The notes beneath the pieces are model-generated. The model was not told the DNA's origin and searched no databases. It worked only from the letters and a program-made list of their open reading frames with translations. A stretch of DNA of 63,895 nucleotides, filler included, from Lama guanicoe (taxonomy: Eukaryota): NCBI GenBank assembly GCA_013239625.1. It is 187 parts of 187 records of this genome, joined end to end, with 100 filler letters (N's around TTAATTAATTAA, not from the genome) between each part and the next. Parts side by side here need not be neighbours in the genome. Positions count along the whole stretch, not along the records: positions 24,282 to 24,523 come from PNXV01046758.1; positions 24,624 to 24,865 come from PNXV01046759.1; positions 24,966 to 25,207 come from PNXV01046760.1; positions 25,308 to 25,549 come from PNXV01046761.1; positions 25,650 to 25,891 come from PNXV01046762.1; positions 25,992 to 26,233 come from PNXV01046763.1; positions 26,334 to 26,575 come from PNXV01046764.1; positions 26,676 to 26,917 come from PNXV01046765.1; 179 more parts are not named here. One strand, given 5' to 3'. Below are positions 24,282 through 34,700 of this stretch, one piece after another. Positions within the stretch are counted from its first letter, which is position 1; each line of letters opens with the position of its first letter. Position numbers and translations under genes: made by a program.

Positions 24282-24372
24282 GGCATGATCAGCCCCTGGA
24301 CACTTTCCTGATTGGTTGGTGCTGAGATAATGAGGTGACAGTGTTTCAGCCATCTTAGCCATCAGCCTTCTT
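24282..24372. mobile_element. ERV1-type LTR fragment
   Basis: tgatcagccc.tggacacttt.ctgattggttggtg.tgagataa...atcagccttct resembles ungulate ERV1 LTRs (CCAAT region). Confidence 0.55.
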
Positions 24373-24623
24373 TAAAAAAAAATTCAGTGTTTTTACGGAT
24401 TTTTTTGTTAAATTTTATATTTTAAAGATGTGTCAAAGTGTTTCTACTCACTTTTTAAAATATTTTTGTTGACATAGAGTCAGTTTACAATGTGTCAATT
24501 TCTGGTGTACAGCACAATGCTTCNNNNNNNNNNNNNNNNNNNNNNNNNNNNNNNNNNNNNNNNNNNNTTAATTAATTAANNNNNNNNNNNNNNNNNNNNN
24601 NNNNNNNNNNNNNNNNNNNNNNN

Positions 24624-24865
24624 ATATATATATATGTACATTCCTTTTCACAACCCCTTTCATTGTAAGCCATTACAAGGTATTGAATATAGTTCCCTGT
24701 GCAATATAATAAGACCCTGTTGTTTATCTACTTAATATATAATAGTTAGTATCTACAAATCCTGAACTCCCAATTTATTCCTCCCCAATCCCTTTCCCCC
24801 CAGGAACCATAAGTTTGTTTTCTATGTCTGTGAGTCTATCACTGTCTTATAAATAATTTCATGTC
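24624..24865 (-). mobile_element. Artiodactyl-type L1 3' UTR
   Basis: ccattacaaggtattgaatatagttccctgtg...aactcccaatttattcctcccc...aaccataagtttgttttctatgtctgtgagtct. Confidence 0.92.
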
Positions 24866-24989
24866 NNNNNNNNNNNNNNNNNNNNNNNNNNNNNNNNNNN
24901 NNNNNNNNNTTAATTAATTAANNNNNNNNNNNNNNNNNNNNNNNNNNNNNNNNNNNNNNNNNNNNAGCCACCCCATCATCTCACGAGTC

Positions 24990-25207
24990 TGCTGTGTTAA
25001 CTTGCTTTGGATGCTGTGACACACAGGGCACCACACACGCGGTGGTGTGAAGAACACAGCTGCATCGTGCCCCAGTTCTGGAGGCTGGGAGCCCGAGACC
25101 AAGGTGTCAGCGGGGCTGGTTCCTCCTGAGGCCGCAAGGAAGGGTCGGCTCAGGCCCTGTCCTTGGCTCGCAGGTGCAGTCTTCCCCCGGATCTCTTCGC
25201 TGAGTCT
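24990..25207 (-). mobile_element. MLT1 LTR fragment
   Basis: cagttctggaggctgggagcccgagaccaaggtgtcagcggggctggttcctcctgaggcc. Confidence 0.85.
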
Positions 25208-26675
25208 NNNNNNNNNNNNNNNNNNNNNNNNNNNNNNNNNNNNNNNNNNNNTTAATTAATTAANNNNNNNNNNNNNNNNNNNNNNNNNNNNNNNNNNNNN
25301 NNNNNNNTCCCTAGAAGCACTCACTGAGAGACCTGCTTCCATGAGATAAAAAGCCCGTAGAGACAGGTGGGTAATGGCCAAAGCCCAGGATCCCTGAGGA
25401 TGTTTCCAGGGCTCGGTCTCCATCTCCAAGTTCCAGAACCTTCTTTTTGCTTTTACCACAGACTTTCTGGGAGTAATTAATACACAGGAGAAATATCAGA
25501 AAATTACTGAGCCAGAGTTCCAGGAGGTAGCCCTCCAGGGTGACTCCATNNNNNNNNNNNNNNNNNNNNNNNNNNNNNNNNNNNNNNNNNNNNTTAATTA
25601 ATTAANNNNNNNNNNNNNNNNNNNNNNNNNNNNNNNNNNNNNNNNNNNNGCCCTCCTGCCTGGTGATCGGCAGCCAGCATGGCCACCTGGCTAAGAGAAT
25701 GGGGCGCAGCCCGCTCTTCCGAAGCCACCAAGTCTGCAATGCCAGTGCTGCGCACACCACCCCTCCCCTCGGCTTTGCATCCCTGGCGGGGGTCACCGGG
25801 CGTTCAGATCCCCCCTGGGTCCTCACGGCCTCGCTCACCAGGAGGTCAGCCCTCCTCCTGCTCACGTGTCTGCTCCCTCTCTGCAGGACTGNNNNNNNNN
25901 NNNNNNNNNNNNNNNNNNNNNNNNNNNNNNNNNNNTTAATTAATTAANNNNNNNNNNNNNNNNNNNNNNNNNNNNNNNNNNNNNNNNNNNNACTTTAACA
26001 TATTTGATATGGTGAAGAGCAAGGGTGTTTCCAAAATTGAAGGTTTATAGTAATTTCTAATGGGCCCTGCTAATACGTTCTGTATTGAAGAGAAAGAGAA
26101 AAGGGAATAATAGCTTTCTCTTGTCATGGAGCGAAAAAAATTATTCTTCCAAAGGTCAGCACTGATTTTACTTTTACTTCAGTTATTTTTTTCTGTTAAA
26201 TTCAAGCAAATATAACAACTAAAATTTTTTTTTNNNNNNNNNNNNNNNNNNNNNNNNNNNNNNNNNNNNNNNNNNNNTTAATTAATTAANNNNNNNNNNN
26301 NNNNNNNNNNNNNNNNNNNNNNNNNNNNNNNNNGGGATTTGTCCACAGAACTGCGTCCGGCCCAGGGGAGGTGAGACAGGAGGAGATCTCAGCCCAGGCC
26401 CCAGCAGCCCCTCCAGCCCCGCAGGCCTGATGCTCACACGCACTTCCCCAGCACAGCTTCAGCCCCTCTCCAGCCACCCATCCTCTCTTCCCTAGCTTGC
26501 TCCTTGGGTCCTGCACACCATCCTGTCTCCTCCGTCTCCAGCCCTTCCCCTGCACAGCCCTGCACAGTGTAAGGANNNNNNNNNNNNNNNNNNNNNNNNN
26601 NNNNNNNNNNNNNNNNNNNTTAATTAATTAANNNNNNNNNNNNNNNNNNNNNNNNNNNNNNNNNNNNNNNNNNNN

Positions 26676-26917
26676 CATTTGCAACAACATGGATTGACCT
26701 AGAGATTGTCATACTAAGTGAAGTAAATCATAAAGAGAAAGAGAAATATCATATGATATCGCTTATATGTGGAATATTTAAAAAATGATACAAATGAACT
26801 CACAAAACAGAAACAGACTTACAGGCACAGAAAACAAACTTAAGGTTACCAAAGGGGAAAGTGGGGGAAGGGAGAAATTAGGAGTTTGGGATTAGCAGAT
26901 ACAAACTACTATATATA
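26676..26917 (+). mobile_element. L1 ORF2 end / 3' UTR
   Basis: catttgcaacaacatggattgacctagagattgtcatactaagtgaagtaa...atatcatatgatatcgcttatatgtggaat...ggttaccaaagggga. Confidence 0.94.
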
Positions 26918-27017
26918 NNNNNNNNNNNNNNNNNNNNNNNNNNNNNNNNNNNNNNNNNNNNTTAATTAATTAANNNNNNNNNNNNNNNNNNNNNNNNNNN
27001 NNNNNNNNNNNNNNNNN

Positions 27018-27259
27018 CTATTAAGATCTATGATCCACTTTGAGTTAAATTTTGTATAGTTTGTGATGTGTGGATCAAAGTTCATTTTTTTTTTGCATAT
27101 CACTAATTGTTCCAGCACTACTTGTTGAAAAGATCCATTCTCCAATGTATCCTTTTTGAGAATCAGTTGTCTATATAAGTGTTGGTTTAGTTCTGAGCAG
27201 TCTATTCTGCTTCCATTATTCTCTTTTCCTGTTTTACACAAACACCATACTTTCTGATT
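27018..27259 (-). mobile_element. L1 ORF2 C-terminal fragment
   Basis: The minus strand gives KKMNFDPHITNYTKFNSKWIIDLN, matching L1 ORF2 (LDPYLTPYTKINSKWIKDLN). Confidence 0.9.
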
Positions 27260-27701
27260 NNNNNNNNNNNNNNNNNNNNNNNNNNNNNNNNNNNNNNNNN
27301 NNNTTAATTAATTAANNNNNNNNNNNNNNNNNNNNNNNNNNNNNNNNNNNNNNNNNNNNTTAATCAGAGATGGCCTTAATTATCAGATAGAAGTATTTTT
27401 ATCACATATTTATAATAATTGCAATGAATTAATGATAAATTAGAGAAAATCAAATTATCCCACAGGGTATTTCCCACATTGCCTCCAAAGAGTCTGTTTT
27501 GATTAGAAGCATTAAATATTTTTAATAAGTCATATGTGAGAAAATATGTAATTTTTATAATTAGGAAAACATTAAAATATTTTCAGTTTCAGTTACAATA
27601 ANNNNNNNNNNNNNNNNNNNNNNNNNNNNNNNNNNNNNNNNNNNNTTAATTAATTAANNNNNNNNNNNNNNNNNNNNNNNNNNNNNNNNNNNNNNNNNNN
27701 N

Positions 27702-27943
27702 ACCCTCAGAAGGCTCCCATTCCCTTCTCTGCAATTGCCACCTTGAAATTGTCAAAATTTTATCTTTGAACGTGTGTTTCATAAGTGAAGTCCATGGCAT
27801 GAAAGAGCCTGCGTAGGGGGCTTGGGGTTTGGGGTTTCTGCTTATGAGTGGTTCTGCCTCCCACCGCCTGCCTGCCCAATCCCTGCACATCCCGGGCCCC
27901 ACATGCAGTCACTCTGCCCTCCAGGCCAGCCAGCAGTGGGGTT
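27702..27943 (+). mobile_element. MER45-family (hAT-Tip100) DNA transposon fragment
   Basis: gccaccttgaaattgtc.aaattttatctttgaacgtgtgtttcataagtgaagtcc...gggggcttgg resembles MER45B/C. Confidence 0.7.
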
Positions 27944-28794
27944 NNNNNNNNNNNNNNNNNNNNNNNNNNNNNNNNNNNNNNNNNNNNTTAATTAATTAAN
28001 NNNNNNNNNNNNNNNNNNNNNNNNNNNNNNNNNNNNNNNNNNNCTGCTCACCCACAAAATAGATCTTTAAGTTACCCTCTCCTTCATTTCCATGTCTTTG
28101 ACCCCATTCGAAGCCACTAATATCTTTTTGCCCAGTGTGTTTGAGTAAAGTCTGAACTCTGTTGTAGCTATTGTGGCCTCGGCACACCGACCAGCCAGAA
28201 CGTCTGAATGTAAAAGCACTCCTGGCTTGGGCAAGCGCCCTTCTTGTTTCTTCCTGGAAAGCTCTTCTGTCAGGTCTTTGCAGGTNNNNNNNNNNNNNNN
28301 NNNNNNNNNNNNNNNNNNNNNNNNNNNNNTTAATTAATTAANNNNNNNNNNNNNNNNNNNNNNNNNNNNNNNNNNNNNNNNNNNNTCGCCGAGCCTGGAC
28401 CACGATGCTGGCTGCCGTGCGGTTAGATGCCCCAGTTTCTGTAATAGGTTTACCTCTGAGAGTGTTTTCCAGCCTGGGGCTTGGGGCTCATTGCTGGTCA
28501 AATTCATTCAGGGATTGGCGGCTACCTTTAAAAAAGAATGAAATAGAATACAGTGGATCAGAACAGAAGTATCAGAGTGCCCCACGTGTAATACAGTTAG
28601 TCGTTGACTTACAGCCTGGTAGAGGAGNNNNNNNNNNNNNNNNNNNNNNNNNNNNNNNNNNNNNNNNNNNNTTAATTAATTAANNNNNNNNNNNNNNNNN
28701 NNNNNNNNNNNNNNNNNNNNNNNNNNNTATAGAAGAGCAAATAAAACTTACACTTACTCATAATTTTACAATTGTCGGGTTTTTTCAATAATAG

Positions 28795-28900
28795 GCAATT
28801 CATTGAGTACCTGCTGTCTGCCAGACACAGTTCCAGATGCGGGAGACCCAGGAGCGAATAAAACAGATCAAGTCCCTGTCCTCAGGGAGCTTTCGAATCT
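28795..28900 (-). mobile_element. L2 3' end
   Basis: attcattgagtacctgctgtctgccagacacagttccagatgcgggaga...aataaaacaga..aagtccctgtcctcagggagctt. Confidence 0.85.
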
Positions 28901-30779
28901 GTTTTGTAACTGTTTATATATATATATATATATATTTTACAGTCTTCTTCCTTTGTGTGTACACACTCCNNNNNNNNNNNNNNNNNNNNNNNNNNNNNNN
29001 NNNNNNNNNNNNNTTAATTAATTAANNNNNNNNNNNNNNNNNNNNNNNNNNNNNNNNNNNNNNNNNNNNTCAGAGAAAGGGGCTCAGAGAAGACAGTACT
29101 GCTACTGGAAAAAAAAAAAAATCCTGCAGGTAGAGCAGGGCATTTAATGAAAAAAAAGAAAGAAAGAGCCTGGAACTCCAGAAGGCTGGAATGGCGTCTT
29201 TCTCTCCACCTACTTCCCTTTGTGTTTACCAAAAGCAGAAGCCCCAACACAGAGTCCAATCGCCCTCCTTTCCATCATGCTTCATAGACATGCCTTGAAA
29301 TAAAGCACTTTNNNNNNNNNNNNNNNNNNNNNNNNNNNNNNNNNNNNNNNNNNNNTTAATTAATTAANNNNNNNNNNNNNNNNNNNNNNNNNNNNNNNNN
29401 NNNNNNNNNNNAATTAATAGCTTTATTTTAACAATGGGCCTGGAGCTGTGAGTAGTAACCGGTCAGTCAGGTCAGCTGACCGTTTTAAGGGCGAGCGTAA
29501 GAATGAGCAACCCGTTAGCCTAAGTGCGGCCATTTTATTAATCCTGCTTCATCTGTGCTGCTCAGCACCCCGGGGATGCCCAGGAATCCCCCAACCCGCC
29601 TGCTCCTTCCTGCAGTGAGATCATCCCGCTGGTTAATTTAGAACTGATAATGANNNNNNNNNNNNNNNNNNNNNNNNNNNNNNNNNNNNNNNNNNNNTTA
29701 ATTAATTAANNNNNNNNNNNNNNNNNNNNNNNNNNNNNNNNNNNNNNNNNNNNTGGCTACTGTTTATTTCTGATCCATCATGGAATGAAGGATTCTACCT
29801 CATGAAATCTGTAACATAATTTCATTCTTTTTAATTTCTTGTTTATATGACTGAGAACAATTGAGTATTTACACAGCAAAACCTACATACACATATTTAC
29901 TTTTTTCTCATTTCTAATTGAAGTTATTTACTAGGCAAAGTTACACTGGGAAAATCAAAAGCTACCTGGATAAGTGCTGTTTAAAATGTGGTTTGNNNNN
30001 NNNNNNNNNNNNNNNNNNNNNNNNNNNNNNNNNNNNNNNTTAATTAATTAANNNNNNNNNNNNNNNNNNNNNNNNNNNNNNNNNNNNNNNNNNNNGGCCA
30101 GATCTGCTTAATACAAAATGTCGCTTCTTAATCAGTAAGTTATGCAAAGCGACAGGCAGAGGGCAGGTGCACATTAAGTGTAAGTCTTTGCTCTTAAATT
30201 CTGTGACAAGGTGGCAGAACAAGTTTCTGTCAAATGGCTACTTTGTACTGAGGGTTCAGCAGATTCCAACTCCTGTTTTACATGTTTTATTGGCTTTAAC
30301 TTGATGTCACCTTCACAATAATGCTCTCATCCCATTTNNNNNNNNNNNNNNNNNNNNNNNNNNNNNNNNNNNNNNNNNNNNTTAATTAATTAANNNNNNN
30401 NNNNNNNNNNNNNNNNNNNNNNNNNNNNNNNNNNNNNATTTCTAGAATAGAAATAAAATTAATAAGTGTTTTAAAGACCGTTGATAAAGCTTCCTGAACT
30501 AACTTCCTGAGTTACCATCTAGTTGAATATGTTGGGTACAGGCTAATATTGTGATTAAGCAGAGACTTTAAAGTCAGAAAGAGGTGGATTTGGGTTCTAA
30601 CCCTACCACTTCCCATCTGTCCCACCTTGAGCCTCTAACCCTCATTCCCTCTTCTGCCACGTGGGGATAGCAATGCCTGNNNNNNNNNNNNNNNNNNNNN
30701 NNNNNNNNNNNNNNNNNNNNNNNTTAATTAATTAANNNNNNNNNNNNNNNNNNNNNNNNNNNNNNNNNNNNNNNNNNNN

Positions 30780-31021
30780 GAGTAAGTATTTCTACTGCAA
30801 CCCATTCCATTTGTGCTTGAAGAAAGAACCAGTCTGCACATGCTCATTTCTGAGTGGTAAATTTTTGTGAAAGTCACATTTCACCTAGATGCTTTTGAAC
30901 AAAATATTTTTCGGTTATAAACAACACTACATAAATATATATGAGGAGATTATAGCTCCAACTAGGCTTTAAATTGAAAACTGCAGGAATTTCAAACCTG
31001 CACTAGGAAACACTCATAGAA
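30780..31021 (+). repeat. Satellite-like monomer, family B (copy 2)
   Basis: Its 3' end (ctgcaggaatttcaaacctgcactaggaaacac) matches the start of 19494, and its 5' part matches the rest of that contig. Confidence 0.78.
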
Positions 31022-31805
31022 NNNNNNNNNNNNNNNNNNNNNNNNNNNNNNNNNNNNNNNNNNNNTTAATTAATTAANNNNNNNNNNNNNNNNNNNNNNN
31101 NNNNNNNNNNNNNNNNNNNNNTCCCTGACAGCCTCCTGGAGTGTCCTCATGTTGGAATTTTCATTCAGACACTGGTTGCCACAAATGCCTTCACGTGAAG
31201 CGAAGGCCACTTTGAAGAAGGCTCGTCTGGCTGCTGGCGAGCTCCCGGAATCTCTGGGTGCCCCCTGTGGACCCTGCGTCCCACAGTGGGGCCTGCCTTC
31301 GCCGAGGTTCTTGCTTACTCTGGGTGCTCCTTCCCTCATTGCCAGGTTCCCCCAAGGAGGTGGNNNNNNNNNNNNNNNNNNNNNNNNNNNNNNNNNNNNN
31401 NNNNNNNTTAATTAATTAANNNNNNNNNNNNNNNNNNNNNNNNNNNNNNNNNNNNNNNNNNNNCTAACATTTATTATCTCCTGGAAGACATGTGCTAGGA
31501 GAGTTAGACAGTGACTGAATAGCATTTAAAATATTCCAGACATACTTTCCTGATCCGTTTAAGTCTGTGTCATGTTGTGACAAAGTTAATAGCTGAACTC
31601 ATTTCACATGTACATTTTAGTGCAGACTAACTGATGGTCTGAGAACTGTCTGTTCACACTGCTGCCTTCTCGCAAATAGCTTCTGGAGCCTTAAGAATAG
31701 AAAACNNNNNNNNNNNNNNNNNNNNNNNNNNNNNNNNNNNNNNNNNNNNTTAATTAATTAANNNNNNNNNNNNNNNNNNNNNNNNNNNNNNNNNNNNNNN
31801 NNNNN

Positions 31806-32047
31806 TTACCCATTGCAGTTCTTAGAATATTAATCATAGTTATTTTAAATTCCCGGTCTGATGATTCCAACATTTCAAGCATATCTGGTTCTGATGCTTG
31901 CTTGTTCCCTTCATGTTATGCTTTTACCTTTCTGCATGCCTTGGGATTGTGTTGTTGGTAATGGGCGTTGATGTACAGGGTAAAAGGAAAAGCTGTGGAT
32001 AGGACTTTATTAGCATAATGGTCAGGAGTGTGGGCACAGGAAGTGCT
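31806..32047 (-). mobile_element. Old L1 5'/ORF1-proximal fragment
   Basis: ttagaatattaatcatagttattttaaattcccggtctgatgattccaaca...tctggttctgatgcttgct...gatgtac.gggtaaaaggaa..gctgt. Confidence 0.7.
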
Positions 32048-34564
32048 NNNNNNNNNNNNNNNNNNNNNNNNNNNNNNNNNNNNNNNNNNNNTTAATTAAT
32101 TAANNNNNNNNNNNNNNNNNNNNNNNNNNNNNNNNNNNNNNNNNNNNCCTGTTGCTCAGGGAGTTTTTAAACGCGTGTTGTTTCCCTAACGCAGCCCGGA
32201 TGAGTTGACAAGACCGTCCCAGATCTTTCTCCACTTGCAAAAGCCCAGAAAAGAGGGAGATTTTTTCGAGAACCTCGTGTGTGGGCCTCACTGGAAACCG
32301 ACACTACGTGAAGACACAGGAACGAGCCTATTGTGGGCTTTTAGGCGCGGGTCCGCCTGATCCAGGTCCTACTGCTGTGGGAGAATCTGNNNNNNNNNNN
32401 NNNNNNNNNNNNNNNNNNNNNNNNNNNNNNNNNTTAATTAATTAANNNNNNNNNNNNNNNNNNNNNNNNNNNNNNNNNNNNNNNNNNNNCTTTGGAGGCC
32501 TGGGCTCATTGGCACTTGTCCAAGAAGGGGAATTCACCGCGTCAGTGGCGCTGTTCCCGAGGACACGGGCACAGCTGCTTTTACGGGGACCCCAGAACAG
32601 GAGCTAGGTTTGCAGAGAGGACCCTCTTGTCCCACTTTAGCAATTCCTGTTTTGGAGTATGGTGACAATCCATCATTTGACGACTTCAGGCTCTGCCCTA
32701 AATTCCCTGTGCCTTTCTGCAGTTCAGGTCANNNNNNNNNNNNNNNNNNNNNNNNNNNNNNNNNNNNNNNNNNNNTTAATTAATTAANNNNNNNNNNNNN
32801 NNNNNNNNNNNNNNNNNNNNNNNNNNNNNNNCTGTGTCTTGGTGAATGAGCAGATAGAAGCATCTTTGAAAGAGACAGGCATCAGAGGAGGTGTGGGCTG
32901 TGAAGGAGAAAGTGCAACAACTTCTCTGGTCCTATGAACTTCCTGGGGTGGGGAGGCATCCAGCAGACAACGTTCTGTTCCAACCATTTCTCAGGAGGGA
33001 GGACGTCTGGACTGGACAGAGGAAGGGGGAGTCATTCCCAGACAAGTCTGCTAAAGACCATGAGGACTAATGANNNNNNNNNNNNNNNNNNNNNNNNNNN
33101 NNNNNNNNNNNNNNNNNTTAATTAATTAANNNNNNNNNNNNNNNNNNNNNNNNNNNNNNNNNNNNNNNNNNNNCATCACTGGGGGCTCAGAGTTTTAGCA
33201 GAGTAAACAGGCAGCATGTTGGAGGTAGCAAGAGCTTGGGAAAAAAAGAGTAATATGAGCAAACTCAGGTGATGGCGGTTGGGTGGGAGGCAGGCAGGAG
33301 GGAATAAGCAAATCCTGGCAGATTTCACGAAGTCATGAACTTGAATTATAATAGATCCTGAGGAAGAAAGAAGAGCCAGAGCCAGAGGCCCCCAGAGTGA
33401 GGGGGAGAGTGTGGGNNNNNNNNNNNNNNNNNNNNNNNNNNNNNNNNNNNNNNNNNNNNTTAATTAATTAANNNNNNNNNNNNNNNNNNNNNNNNNNNNN
33501 NNNNNNNNNNNNNNNGATCCAGGTGAGTGATATCCTGAATGTGACAGTTTTTGCAGTGAAGAACGCTTTCCTTTTGCTTACACGTCCTGTTTGGGTGTGG
33601 GGACAGGTACCCCAGCAATGATGAGAGGCCACCTTTTGTTTTTTTTTCCAAAGCCCACCCTAAAATTATCTCCTTGATCTACCACATCATCAAAAGAATT
33701 ACGGAAGACAGTTCTCATATGACTTGCTTGGAATTTACAGGCCAGGGATTCATTCATNNNNNNNNNNNNNNNNNNNNNNNNNNNNNNNNNNNNNNNNNNN
33801 NTTAATTAATTAANNNNNNNNNNNNNNNNNNNNNNNNNNNNNNNNNNNNNNNNNNNNTTCTTCCCCACAGTGGCTTGGTGCTGCCCGTGCGTGTAGAGGG
33901 CGGCCGACCCCCAGATCCAGTCCCTGTCCGCTCCATGGACACGGCCCATGACCATTGGTTCAGTGGTCAGATGTTCCCCCCAGGTCTAGGGCTGCACAGA
34001 ACGGTGATGCAGTGTCCCCAGGGGGCAGGGGTGAGGTGGAGGATGAGGCTTGGTGGGTCTGGGAGGCAGAGAATCCCAGGCTCCTGGGTGCCCCGAGCGN
34101 NNNNNNNNNNNNNNNNNNNNNNNNNNNNNNNNNNNNNNNNNNNTTAATTAATTAANNNNNNNNNNNNNNNNNNNNNNNNNNNNNNNNNNNNNNNNNNNNT
34201 TGGGGACCCTCAAGAAGAGAGTGTTTTGATGTGATTTTGTTGCTGTGGACTCATCCCTCTGGCTACAGTGTGAAGAATAAGTTGATGGGGAGTTGGGGAA
34301 ACTGAGTGTGAAACTCTTGCAATGGTCTAGGTAGAAAATAATGAGGCTGAGTGATGCAGAGGAGGGGAACCTTCAGAGAGACGCTTAGGAAATAAACACA
34401 CTGGGTTTTGCGACTGATTAGGTGTGAGGGTGGGGATGGAGNNNNNNNNNNNNNNNNNNNNNNNNNNNNNNNNNNNNNNNNNNNNTTAATTAATTAANNN
34501 NNNNNNNNNNNNNNNNNNNNNNNNNNNNNNNNNNNNNNNNNGTGCTCTTTAATGTTGTAAAATA

Positions 34565-34700
34565 TATTTGTTTGTCTCTGCCCACTAGAACATAAGCTCT
34601 GTGAAAGTGGGGGTCTTGTCTCTACTCATAGACCGTTGAGCAGTGCGTGGTACAGAGTAAGACTCAGTAAACACTTGCTGAATAACCAAATGAATGCAAG
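34565..34700 (+). mobile_element. L2 3' end
   Basis: tctctgcccactagaacataagctctgtgaaag.gggg..cttgtct...ctcagtaaacacttgctgaataa.caaatgaatg. Confidence 0.82.
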
